Assembly: GCA_014905635.1 (NCBI GenBank)
Contig: JABVCE010000033.1
Coordinates: forward strand, 248,001-312,000
Direction of reading: 5' to 3'
DNA length: 64,000 nucleotides
Source: Scenedesmus sp. PABB004
Taxonomy: Eukaryota
This document shows positions 41,699 to 53,311 of the stretch, one piece after another; position 1 is the first letter of the stretch, and each line of letters opens with the position of its first letter. A program made the translations under genes and the position numbers. Below the pieces are notes generated by a model. That model saw only the letters and a program-made list of their open reading frames with translations. It was not told where the DNA came from and made no database searches.

Positions 41699-43511
41699 AT
41701 GCTGGCGCAGCGCTCGGCCCCCGCGCGGCCGCGCGCGTTTGGCCGTCGGCTGCTGCGCCTGGACGTGGCGGCGGACGCGAGCGCGCGCGTGAGGGGCGAC
41801 GCCCGGCGAGTGCAGCGCTGGCTCGCCGACGCGCGCCACTGGACGCTCTTTTACCCAGGTGCGGCTCCCGTAGGCTGGAGCGCGGCGCGGCAGAGCCCGG
41901 GGACGCGCCGGCGGGCGGGCGGGGCGCGCGGTCAGGCCGGGAGGCGCCAACGAGAATCGGCAGCAGCCCCTCCCGGCGCGGCGCGGCCCCGAGTGGGCCC
42001 CGCCTATGCGCCAGGGTGACGCGGCAGGGCCCGGGGACGCCCCGCCACGGCCGCACGGCCTGCGCAGGCCGGCGGCGGCCGCAACCGCCGGGTCAAGGAG
42101 GCGCGCTGCTGCTGCCGCCCGCGGTGCCCGCGCCGCGCAGGCACCAAGTCTGTCGTCCGCCTCGGCAGCGCGGCGGACCCCGTGCGCGTGGGCGTCAAGT
42201 TTGAGATGCAGCGCGAGATGCTCGGCCTCAGCTTTCCGATGAGGTCCGCGTGTCGCGCAGCAGCGCAGCGCCCCGGCCGGCGGCCGCGCCCGTCGCCGAG
42301 CGCCGAGTGCCGCCGCCCGCCGCCGCGCAGCTACGAGGTGCTGGAGGTGGAGCCGGGCAAGCGGCTGGTGCTGAGCGGGCTCAGCGAGCACCACACGCAG
42401 GCGCGTGCGCGGGGGCCGCCGCCGCCGCCGCGGGGCCCCGCCCCCCGCAGCAGCGCGCCGCCGCCGCGCCCTGACCGCGCGCCCCCGCCGCCGCGCCCGC
42501 CGCGCCCGCTGCTCGTGGCGTTGGGGCCCCCGCCGCCAGATGGATCAGTTTTTCTTCATGCAGGACCGCCACGACGCGGGGTTCTGCGCGGTGCGGTACA
42601 TCGCGACCATCCAGCTGCGCGAGTGGAAGCGCTACCTGCAGCCCCTCGCCACGCGTGAGCAGCTGCGGCGGGGGGAGCTGCGCGGGGGAGCGGGGGCAGG
42701 GGGGACGGAGGCCAGGCGCAGCGGCGCCGGCGGCTGCATCGGCGGCGGCGGCTGCGGCGGGCAGCGGCGCCCCACGCCCGCCCGCCCGCACCCCACGCCC
42801 GCCCGACCGCCCGCCCGCCCGCCCGCGCCGCTCCGCTGCGCAGGCTACATGGCCAAGGTGCCGGAGGAGGCGATGAGCAACCTGCAGCGGGCGCTCAACG
42901 TCGCGGCGTCCCCCGTGTTCGCGCCGGAGTTTGAGCAGGCGCTGCGGGCAGAGGCGAAAAACAGCGGCGGCAGCCGCGCCAGCAGCACGCCGGCCAGCCG
43001 CGCCGGCAGCGCGCCGGGCAGCCGCGCCGGCACCGTCAGCGGCGGCGGGAGCGCCAAGGGCGGCTGGCTGCGCGACATGTTCAGCTCAGGTGCGGCGGCG
43101 GCGCGCAGCACGGGCGCGGCCGTGCCGCGCGCCCCCGCGCCGCCGAGCGCGCCGCCGCCGCGCCGCCCCGCAGCGAGCCGCAGCAGCCGCGACTCCGCGA
43201 GCAGCAGCCTCGCGACCAGCAGCGGCGACGACGAGGGCGGCGGCGGCGCGGGGCTGGACCCCATGGGCTACTATTCGCTTCTGGGCCTCAGCCCGGCGGC
43301 GCAGCTGGACGACGAGGCCATAAAGTCGGCGTACCGGCGGCTCGCGATGCAGCTGCACCCGGACCGGCAGCTCGGCAAGGACGCGCGCGCGCGCGAGGCC
43401 GCGGCGGCGGAGTTTGCGGCGCTGCTGAAGGCGTACGAGGTGCTCAAGGACGCGGAGACGCGCGCGCTCTACACCTCGGGCCAGCTCATGGAGGCGAGCC
43501 TCAACCTCTGA
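41699..43511 (+). CDS. SRPBCC/polyketide-cyclase-like domain fused to a C-terminal DnaJ domain; 5 exons
   Basis: N-terminal part (WLADARHWTLFYPGTKSV..VGVKF..YEVLEVEPGKRLVL) is SRPBCC-like. C-terminal GYYSLLGL..IKSAYRRLAMQLHPDR..AYEVLKD is a J domain with intact HPD. Confidence 0.8.
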
Positions 43512-44171
43512 CGCGCGGAACGGGGCCGTGTCGGGACGACGCCGCGCGGGCGCTGGCGGGCGGGCGGGCGGCGGCGGGGAGGGGCCGGAGGGGGGACGGC
43601 GAGCCCCGGCGCCCCGCTGAAACAGGAGCGGCGGCGGCGGCGGCGGCGCGTGTGATTGTACAATCGGCACACCCAGCGGGCATCATCACCGGCAGCGGGC
43701 GAGCGGCGGGGCACTGCATCGGCGTGATTGGGGGCGCGCGGCGCCGCGGTGTCGTTGTTGGCAGCGGCGGCGCGGGGTTTGTTGTCCGCGCGCGCGTGCT
43801 GTGAGGCTGTGGACAGCACGGTGGTGGTGTACAGGCCCTGCCAGGCGGCGGGCGGCGCGACGGGCGCGACGCGCGCGCGGCCGCAGCCGGCCGCGCGCGC
43901 GCGTGGTCGACGGCGGGGCCGCGCACGTACATCTTCTGCGGCGGCGCGCCCGCGCTGGTGAGGGCGCGGCAGCCACGGCAACAGGCTGCCGCACGCCGGG
44001 GCGAGCGGGGCGCCGCGGCGCTTGTGCCGCCGCTGCGGCACCGCGCGGCGACCTTCGATCGCGCTCCCGGTCTCCGACTCTGCGTTCTGCTCTGCCGCGT
44101 GCGGTGCGCCTCCCTCAGCCGCTTTGGTGTGCCGCGCAGGCTGTCGGCCTGTCTCGGGCTGGCCTCTGCGC

Positions 44172-46991
44172 ATGCGCCAACTGCGCCGGCTGGCAGCCAC
44201 CATGCGCGCCCAGCTCCTGGTGCCGCGCCCGCGCCCGCTGGCAGCGCCACGCGGCGCGGCGCAGCCGCCGCGGCCCGCGCCGCTCGCGGAATGCCAGCCG
44301 CCGCGCCGCGGCTGGGCGCCCAGCGGCGTGCAGGACCGCCGGCCGGCCCGCGGAGGAGGGAGCGACGCCTGTAGCTACCGCTACCTGGCCTGCGCGTCGG
44401 ACGAGAGCGGCGGCGGCGCCGCTGCAGCCGAGCCGGCGGCCGCTGCAGCTGGCAGCGCCGACGACGGTGGCGCCGCCGCTGTGGACGGCACCGCCGCCGC
44501 TGTGGACGACAGCGCCGCTGTTGACGACAGTGCTGTGGAGACCAGTGCTGCGGAGGCCAGTGCTGCAGAGGCAGCCGCTGACGCGAGCGCCGCTGACGCG
44601 AGCGCTGCCGCCGCTGCGCCCGCGGACGGCGACGGCTTGCAGCTGGGCGGCAGCCTGCGCGGCATGTGGGCGGGCTTCCTGGACGCGCTGTGGGAGCGGC
44701 GCTACTTCGAGGCGTGCAGCGGGCCCGCCGCCAACAAGTGAGCGCGTGCCGGCGCCGCCTGGGCCGGGCCCGCCGCGGGCGCGCGGCCCACGCCGCCGCC
44801 GCCGCACGCCGCCGCTGCGCAGGGCCAGCGCGCTGGACAGCAAGCGCGACGTCAAGAAGGCGCTGCAGGCCCTGGGCCGGGCGCGGCCCGACATCCTGCT
44901 CGCGCTGCCGCGCCCGCTGTTTGTCGCGCTGGCGGCGCTGCCGCTGCCGCCGCCGCCCGCGGGCGAGGACGGCGCGCCGGGCGCGCTGCCACGCAAGACG
45001 GCGTCGGCGGCGGCGCGCCTCGCGCGCGGCGCGGCCGCGGCGGCCGGCACGGGGCGGGCGAGCACGCAGGACGTGCTGCGCGTCGCGTGGCACATCGCAA
45101 GCGAGGGCCCCGACGCAGACGACGGCGGTGAGCGGCGGCGCGGGGCGGCGCGGCGGCGCGTGGCGCGTGGCGCCGCGGCCGACCCTGCGCGCCCGCCCGT
45201 GCCCGCGCAGACGCGCATGCCACGCTCGGCAGCCTGCTGCGCCTCGTGCTGCAGCTGGAGCGCGAGCCGCCGCGGCCCGAGCTGCTCGCGGCGGCGGCCG
45301 CCGCGGCCGACACGCCGGACGAGGCCGCCCACGCGCAGCACCAGGAGGTGGTCGCGGCGCGCGGCGGCGCCAGGGGCGACGGCGGCGAGCGGGCGGGCCG
45401 CGAGCGCGCGAGCGAGCGGGAGGGCGCCGCGCGCGAGCGCGGCCGCGTCGGCGGCGGCGGCGGCAGCACGAGCTTTGCGGAGGACGACAGCCACAAGCAG
45501 CGCCTGCTGCGCGCGGCCGCGTTCCGGCAGCTCCGCCAGGGCGACTGGTTCTGCGGCACGTGCGGCGCGCACAACTTTGCGTCCAACGCCGAGTGCGTGC
45601 GCTGCGGCGTGCCGGCGGGCGCGCTCGGCAACAGCGCGGTGACGGGCGTCGAGGAGAAGCAGCTGCAGCAGCTGGGCCTCTGGGGCGTCGCGTACCTGCA
45701 GCGCCACGCGGCCGCCGAGTTTGCGGCGCAGGTCTCGCAGGCGCTCGCGGCGTCGTCGGGGGCGCAGGCCAGCCTCGTCGAGGCGGCGCGCGCCGCCGGC
45801 CTGCAGCGCTTCGTCGCGACGCCCGAGGCCGCGGCGGCGGCCGAGGCGCGCGCCGCGGAGGCCGCGCAGGCCGCGGAGGCGGGGCCGCGCGGCCGCGGCC
45901 GGGGCCGCGACGACGCGCCGCGGCGCGACCGCGGGCGCGGCGGGGACAGGGACGGCCGGAGCGGCGAGCGCGGCGAGCGGAGCTGGGCCGGCGGCGAGCG
46001 CGACGGCCGGCGCGGCGGCTCGGAGCGCAGCTGGCGCGGTGACGAGCGCGACGGCCGGCGCGGCGGCTCGGAGCGCAGCTGGCGCGGCGACGAGCGCGAC
46101 GTCTCGGAGCGCAGCTGGCGCGGCGACGAGCGCGGCAGCCGGCGCGGCGGCGAGCGGGAGGGCCGCGGTGAGCGCGGCAGCTGGCGCGACGACAGGCGCG
46201 GCGGCGAGCGGGAGGGCCGCGGCGAGCGCAGCTGGCGCCGGGACGAGCCGGACGGCGACTACGACGTTGTGCCGTCGGACGACGAGCAGCGCAGCGTCGG
46301 ACCGCGGGACGCGCCGGCCGCCGCCGGCGGCGAGCGGCGCCGCATCATCCGGCCACGCGCCGCGGCCGCGGCTGGCGCGGGCGCGGGCGCAGGCGGCGGC
46401 GCCGCTCGCCCGGGCGAGGCGGGCGGCGCCGGCAAGCTCACAGACATCTTCGCAGACGCGCTGTCGGCGGTGGGCCAGCCCGCCGCCGCGCAGCCGCCCG
46501 GCGCGCCGGCGCAGCGCGCGGAGGGCGGCATCGCCAGCGCAGAGGCGCGGCCGCGCGAGCGCCCGCTGTTCGGCGGGGACGGCGCCGCCGGCGCGCCGGC
46601 GGGCGAGCAGGAGCTCGGCTGGGCCGCGCAGCGGCGGCCAGCGCCGCGGCGCGGCCGGCGCGACGCCGAGGACGGCGGCGCCGGCGGCGACGACGGGGGT
46701 GACGAGGACCTGTCGGGTTGGGCGCCGGAGTTTGGCGCCGACTACGAGGGCGGCGGCCAGCGCCGCGACTATGAGGGCGGCAGCCAGCGCCGCGACAGCG
46801 AGCGCGGCGAGCGCGGCGAGCGCGGCGAGCGCGGCGAGCGCCGAAGCGGCGGGCGCGGCGGGCGCGGCGGCGGGCGCGGCGGCGGGCGCGGCGGCGGGCG
46901 CGGCGGCGGGCGCGACGGGCGCGGCGGGCGCGGCGGCAGCGGGCGCGGCGGCGGCCAGTCGGCTCCGGGTTGGGCGTCGATATTCCAGTGA
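44172..46991 (+). CDS. Organelle-targeted RanBP2-type zinc-finger RNA-binding protein, VAR3/OZ-family-like, with R/G/E-rich repeats and RGG tail; alternative ATG at 44202
   Basis: GDWFCGTCGAHNFASNAECVRCG is a RanBP2 finger. The N-domain (WAGFLDALWERRYF..VKKALQALGRARPDILLALP..RKTASAAARL..STQDVLR) resembles the conserved N-terminal region of plant OZ proteins. Confidence 0.72.
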
Positions 46992-47243
46992 CGCGGTTGA
47001 GCCTGGAAATGCTGTGCTGAGCTCCTGCTGGTGTGCGCACTCGCGCCCAGGCCCGCACGCCCTCCTTCCTCCGCGCACGGCCCGCCTGCACGAGCAGCGC
47101 CCGCCCGCTGCCGCGCCGCCGCTCAGCGGCAAGCTCAGTCGCGCCCCCTCGCCGCTGTGCAGCCAGAGCAGTCTCGTGCGCGCTCTCCTGCGCCGCTGCC
47201 AAGCCGCTCGGGGCTTGGCTGTGCGCAGCGCGGTGGCGCAGCG

Positions 47244-47604
47244 ATGCACTCCCTTTCGCCCCGCGCCGCGGCCTGCGGCGGCTGCGCCGCGGTCGCCTCA
47301 GCACGCCAATTGGCGCCAAATTGTGTTCGTACGTGGGACCGGAGGGCCGCGCAACGCAGCCGGCTGGCGCTGGCGCGCTGCAGCAGCAGCGGCGGTGGTG
47401 CAGCGGCCGCTGCGCCACAGCAGCCGCAGCAGCCGCAGCCGCAGCCGCAGCAGCGGCAAGAGCAGGCACAGCAGCAGCTGCAGCCGCAGTCACAGCCGCC
47501 GGCGCACGGCGCGCCGCGCATGACCGTCTTCTTCCGCGAGGAGCAGCTCGCGGTGACCGCGGCGCCGGGCGAAGACCTCATGGAGGCGAGCAGCAGCACG
47601 CGCA

Positions 47605-47636
<32 letters not shown>

Positions 47637-47962
47637 GCGGCGCGGCGCGGCGTCGCACGCGGGCGCCCGCGCGCACACCCCGCGCACCCCGCGCACCCCC
47701 GCAGGTCGCGGCGCGGGCGGGCGTGACCATCCCGACCGGCTGCTGGCAGGGGTCGTGCGGCGTGTGCGAGGTGGAGGTCTACAAGATTGGCGAGGCAGGC
47801 GCCGACGGCAGCGCTGATGGCGCCGACGGCGGTGCTGGCGGCGGCGGCGGCGCGCCGGCCGTCGTTCGCGCGTGCATCACGCGCCTGCCGCCCGGCTACG
47901 CTCGCGTCGAGGTCGCGGCGATGGCCGACGCAATCTGGGGCCTGGACGGGTTCGACACCTGA
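47244..47962 (+). CDS. Plastid-targeted 2Fe-2S ferredoxin-like protein; 2 exons
   Basis: Transit peptide, IPTGCWQGSCGVCEVE (CX4CX2C) and VRAC (fourth Cys). GC-AG intron 47586-47704. Confidence 0.88.
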
Positions 47963-48366
47963 GCAGCCCAGCACGAGCTGCGGCGGCGGCGGAGCGGGAG
48001 TGCCGCGCCGCAGCCGGCACGGCCGGCGTGCGCTGAACCGCCTCCATCGCCTGGCACCCTCGCTGCCCAGGTCCACCCCCGCATCCCGCGCCCCACCGCA
48101 GCCTCACCAGCCCGCCCGACGCGCAGCGCGAAGCCGCCCCCTCGCATCGCCCTGGCGGCCAGCGCCCGACACCGCGCGCACAAGCGAGGCCGCGCGCCGC
48201 TGCGGCCGCGTAAGTATGGGGGCGTCGATTACGCAGCTGCTGACCAGCTCCTGCGGCGCGGCGCGGCGTGGCGCGGTGGCGGGAGCTCACGCGCCGCTGC
48301 TGCTGCTGCCGCCGCCGGCGCCGCTGCCGCGCAGGTCCAGGCACATACAGGGGGCGCACGCACGCC

Positions 48367-48396
48367 CACACACACACACACACACAAACACACACA
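48367..48396. repeat. (CA)n microsatellite immediately upstream of the LLP-like ATG
   Basis: Interrupted CACACA run read directly. Confidence 0.85.
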
Positions 48397-48401
48397 GAGG
48401 C

Positions 48402-48785
48402 ATGGCCAAGTCGCAGCGCAGCAGCCGCAAGAAGGCGCTGCGCACGCAGCGAGCGGCGCGGAGCGAGAGCTGGGTCGCGGCGGCGGAGGAGGCGCGGCTG
48501 GCCGCGCTCGCGGCCTGCATCGCGGCGCCGCCCGCGGAGATCACAACCACGGCCCCGCCCGCCGACGAGGAGCAGCAGCGCGGCCGCGAGCCGGGCGGCG
48601 CGGCGATGGCGGTCGACGGCGGCGCCGGCGGCGCGGGCGGCAAGGCAGCGAAGCGCGGCGCGGGCAAGAAGAAGGGCGGCGCCGCCGGCGGCGTGGGCAA
48701 GAAGGGCACCAAGCTCAAGGGCGCCAAGTCGCGGGCCATCCTTGCGGCGCAGTTCAAGAAGCGGTCAAAGAAGCAGCGGCGCTGA
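48402..48785 (+). CDS. Small basic protein, LLP homolog/DUF2423-like
   Basis: N-terminus MAKSQRSSRKKALRTQR matches the MAKS.RS..K...R pattern. Lys-rich C-terminus. Confidence 0.65.
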   Translation: MAKSQRSSRKKALRTQRAARSESWVAAAEEARLAALAACIAAPPAEITTTAPPADEEQQRGREPGGAAMAVDGGAGGAGGKAAKRGAGKKKGGAAGGVGKKGTKLKGAKSRAILAAQFKKRSKKQRR

Positions 48786-49191
48786 CGCGGCGCCGGCGGC
48801 CGCGGTCGCCGCGCCGCAGCGGCGGCAGCTGCCGCCGAACGCTGCAGCGCTCGAGGCCACCACAAGTGGCGGCGGCGGGCGCGCGGACTGTACCATAGCA
48901 CGTTGAGGGGGGGACTGGACTCGGCAGCAGGCGGGCGCTCACGGCGAGCCCCGGAGAGCGTGCAGCCGAGAGCGTCGTGGCAACGCGTTGCAGTCCCGAG
49001 CCCTCGCCCGCCCGCCCGCGCCCTCGCTGCTGTCTACAGCCGCCGCGCCTGCTCGGCGCGCTCTCGCGGCCCCGCCGCCTGCGCGGCCCGCTGCTAGCTC
49101 TCCCTCTCGCCGCGCTGCGGCGCGCTCCCGCCGCGCACGGCGTCCGCTGGCCGCGGCCGCCGCTGGCCTCGCTCGCTGAGGCCAGTGAGCC

Positions 49192-50402
49192 TCACTGGCT
49201 GAACTTGATGCTGTAGCCCCCGGTCTCGGGGTCCTGCTCAGCCTTGAAGTTGTCCAGGCTCAGCCCAAACTTGCCGAGCACGCTGTTGCCGAGGTCCTTC
49301 AGCTTGCCCAGCATCTCAGCCTTGAGCGCCTCCTGCCGCGCCGCGACAGCGGGCGCGAGCGCCGCGGCCGACGACGCCGCCCAGGCGTTGCCCGGGTCGA
49401 GCTCCAGCACCTGCGGCGGCGCCGGCCGGGCGGCAGCAACGCACACTGGGGCGCGGGGCGCGCGCGGCCCGGGCGGGGCTGGCGGCCCGGCGAGCGCCCT
49501 CCGGTGTGCCGGCCGTCGACTGCGGCTGCCCGCCCGACTGCCGCCGCCGCCGCGGCTGCCGGCGGAGCCGCACCCGCTGCGCGTCGGCGAGCGCGTGCTC
49601 CACGTCGTCCAGCGCCTGCAGCGCGGTGCAGCGCCGCACCAGCGCCTGCGGCGGCCGGCAGCGGGCGGGCGGCGGGCGGCGGCGACGCTGGCGCTGCGCC
49701 GCCGCGCGCACCGCGGGGGCCGCGCGCCCGGGTGCGGGCCAGCCGCCCGCCTGCGCGGGCCGCTCGCCGCGCCGCGCCTTGATGTAGGTCGCGTTGATCT
49801 TCAGCGCCGCGGTGCACTGCTCCACCGCGTCCTGCCACGCCTGCTTCTTGAGGTACGCCGCCGCCGCGTTGCAGTGGTAAACCGCCCGCTCCGCCGCGCC
49901 CTCGGGCGCCGCGTCGACGGCCTGCGCCGCGCCGGGGCCGGCGGTTGCGGCGGTTGCGCGGTCGCACAGGGCCGCAGCGTGGGCGCGCCCGCGCCGGCCC
50001 GGGACGCGCGGCGCAGCGCGGCTGCGCCAGCAGCGCCCGCAGCGCCCGCAGCGCCGCTGCGGCGGGCCGCGCCTGCCAGTAGAGGGACAGCGCGCCGTCC
50101 CAGTCCTCTGCCGCATACGCGGCGTTGCCCTCGGCCTTGAGCGCCTCGGCCGCTGCCACCGCCTCTCGCCAGGCCGCGTCGCACTCACCCTCCTCCGCCT
50201 GCCCCTCTGCCGACGCCGGCTCGCCGCTGGCTGCGGCGCCGGGGGGCGCGGCGGGCTCCGGCTGCTGCTGCTGCTGCTGCTGCTCCGGCGCCGCAGCGTG
50301 CGGCGCCGCGGCGGCGTCCGCCGCGGGCGGCTGCTGCTCCTGCTGCGCCTCAGCCACTTCCGGCTCGTCCTGCAGCTCGTCGACCACGCACGACGGCTGC
50401 AT
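49192..50402 (-). CDS. TTC1: Tetratricopeptide repeat protein 1; 4 exons
   Basis: Three TPRs plus the characteristic C-terminus EMLGKLKDLGNSVLGKFGLSLDNFKAEQDPETGGYSIKF. Confidence 0.93.
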
Positions 50403-50679
50403 GATCGGCGCGACTGCAGGCGGCGCGTGCGGCGGGAGACGCGGGGCTTGCTGCGGCGGGAGCTGCTGCTACGAGGGCAGCCTCAGCCCAGGCGTCGACA
50501 CGGCGATGAGGAGGCGACAACGCGGCCGCGAGCCAGGCGCTGGTGAGGCAGAACCGCAGCGACAGCAGACCTGGCTCACATCTCTCCCGACAGCACCGTC
50601 TGCGTCGCACCAGCTCCAGCTGCCGCTGCTGCTGCTGCCGCCGCTGCTGGCAGCGGGCGCAGCGCCGGTAGCCCCAGCC

Positions 50680-51133
50680 ATGGCCCGCCAGCTGCAGAGC
50701 CTGCTACTGCTGGTGCTGCTGCCGCTGGCAGCAGCGGCCGCGCCGCCGCCGCGCCGCGTGGCGATCGTGGGCGGCGGCGTCGGCGGCGCGTCGGCGGCGC
50801 ACTTCCTGCGCGCCGCGCGCCCCGACTGGCGGGTGACGCTCTTTGAGCGCAGCTGCGCCCTCGGCGGCCGCACGGCGGAGCTGCAGCTCGACGGCCGGCC
50901 GCTCGAGCTGGGCGCGTCGATCATCCACGCCCAGAACCACCACGTGCTCCGCCTCGCCGCGGCGGTCAACCTCACCGCCGTGCGCGGCGACGACACGGGC
51001 GCTGCGTTTGGCATATGGGACGGAGAGCGCTTCGCGTTCCGCCAGGCACGCCGCGCGCGCGTGGGCAGGCGGGCGGGGGCGGGCGCGTGGGCTGGCCGCG
51101 CGGGCTGGCCGCGCGGCCAGCTGGGCGCCGAGC

Positions 51134-51174
<41 letters not shown>

Positions 51175-52771
51175 CCGTGACCGCCGCCGCCGCCCCCGCG
51201 ACCGCCGCCGCTGCCGCCGCAGAGCGGCTGGGCGCTGCGCGACGTGCCCGCGGCGCTCGCGCGCTACGGGCCCGCGCCGCTGCAGGCGCGGCGCGTCGCG
51301 CTTGCGATGGCGCAGCGCTTTGCGCGCGTGTACGAGCTGCAGGCCGGCGGCGCCGCATTTGACACGCCCGAAGCGCTGCTGGACGCGCTGCGCCTGGCCG
51401 ATTTCACGCAGCAGCGATACAGCAGCTTCCTGGCTGACGCGCTGTCGCGCTGGCCCTGGCGGTGGTGGCCCGGCGGCGGCGCCGCGCGCTTTGCGGCCGA
51501 GCTCGCCGGGGCGGTGAGCCGCATCAACTACAACCAGGCGAACGAGCAGCTCAACGCCATGGCCGGCCTCGTGTCGTACCTGCCCGCCGCCGCGCCAGAG
51601 GTCTACGCAATCAAGGAGGGCAACTCGGCGCTGCCTGCGGCGCTGGTCGCCGCGGCGGGGCTCGAGGCGCTGCACCTGCGCGCGGCGGTCGCGGCCGTGC
51701 GCCGCGAGCCCGGCGGCGCCTTCAGCCTCGACGTCAACGTGAGCGCCCCCGACGGCGGCGCGCTGCAGCAGGTGCGGCGGCGGACGGGCGGCGGGCGGGC
51801 CCGCGCGGCGCGCGGCGCACGGAGCGCATCGGCCGCCGAGCGCGCCCCGCCGCCGCTGCTCCCGCCGCCGCCGCCGCGGCAGATGACGGCGGGCCCGTTT
51901 GACGCCGTCGTCCTGGCCACGCCGCTCGAGGGCAGCGGCATCGCCCTGCAGGGCCTGCCGCGGCCGCCGGCGCTGCCCCGCCGCACCTACCAGACGACGG
52001 TGACGACCTTTGTGGTCGGCGACGCGCTCCGACCCGCTTTCTTCAACGTGGGTGCAGGGCCGGGCGCCTGCCCCCATCGCAGCGCGGGGCGGCGCGCTGC
52101 GAGCGCGCGGCGTGACGTGGCAGCGGGCGGGCGGCATACGCGCGCGCGCGCGCGCGCGCGCGCCGCCCCGCCGTCGCTTGCGCCCGCGGCAGGTGGCGTC
52201 GCTGCCGCCGGGTGACGTGTTCGTGACCAACGGCGCGGCCACGCCGTTCTCGGTCATCGCCTCAAAGGGCCGCCTGCGCCCCGGCGCCTGCGCGCGCCTG
52301 GGCGGGCCGCGCGCGCGGCGCGCCGCGTGCGCGGCGGCTGCCGCGGCGGGGCAGCAGCTCTGGAAGGTGTTCAGCTCGCGGCCGCTGCCAGACGACCTGC
52401 TCGCGCAGCTGTTCGTCGGCGGCAGCGTGCTCGCCTCCAAGGCGTGGCGCGCCTACCCGCGGTGAGGCCCCTTCCCCTCCCTCCGGTTGGGGCGCGGCAC
52501 ACGGCGCGCGGCGCCCTGGCGGCCACACCACGCTGCCGCCGCCGCGCCGCGCCGCGCCGCGCCGCGTCGCGCCGCGCCGCGCCGCCCGGCCGGCCGCAGG
52601 TTTGACCCGCCGGAGCGCTTTGCGCCGTTTGCGCTGGCCCCCGGGCTGTGCTACATCAACGCGCTCGAGAGCGCGGCGTCTGCGATGGAGGTCGCGGCGG
52701 TCGCGGCGGCCAACTGCGCGGCGCTGGTGCAGCAGCAGCTGGACGCAGCCGCCAGCGCGGCGGCGAGCTGA
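50680..52771 (+). CDS. PCYOX1: Prenylcysteine oxidase / farnesylcysteine lyase; multi-exon
   Basis: Signal peptide, [61 protein letters not shown]. Confidence 0.92.
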
Positions 52772-52968
52772 GTTTGCTTGCGCCTCGGCGCGCGCGCCTT
52801 CCCGGTGGCGGGGCACACGCGCTGAGCAAGCGCACGGGGCGGGGCGGATCCTTGTACAGCAGCGGCGCGCGGGCGGGCGACGTGTTGCGCGGCGTGAGCG
52901 TGCGCAGGTGCCGCGCCGGCGCGCGTGTCCTGCAAGCAGGCGGTCGTCGGCCGCCGAGGGAGCGCTGC

Positions 52969-53110
52969 GCGCGCGCGGCGCGGCCGCTGCCGGGCCCGGC
53001 GGCGTGGCGGCCAGGGCCGTGTAGGTCGACGCAATTGAACCTGGGCGCCCGCAGCCAGTTCAGCCCCGGCCGCGCGGTTCTGCCCACGCGCCCCGTCGCG
53101 CGCCGCTGCC
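52969..53110 (+). promoter_or_regulatory. ~140 bp repeated element, copy A1 (putative promoter module) upstream of F-box-like gene 1
   Basis: Core GTAGGTCGACGCAATTGAAC followed by GTTCAGCCCCGGCCGCGCGGTTC. Four copies in the locus. The promoter role is inferred from position only. Confidence 0.55.
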
Positions 53111-53311
53111 GCCCACAGCGCGCACCCATCGCCGCCGCTCCCGACACATCAGCGGCTCCCAGGCTCCGCCCCACGCACGCCCGGCCCCACCTCGCTCTCC
53201 CGCCCGCCTCGCGCGCGCGCAGCAGCAGCAGCAGCCCGCGCCGCGCGCCCCGCCGCGCCGCGTCGCAGCCCCCACTGCTGCTGCGGCCGCTCGTGGGCGC
53301 GGCCGGGCGCC

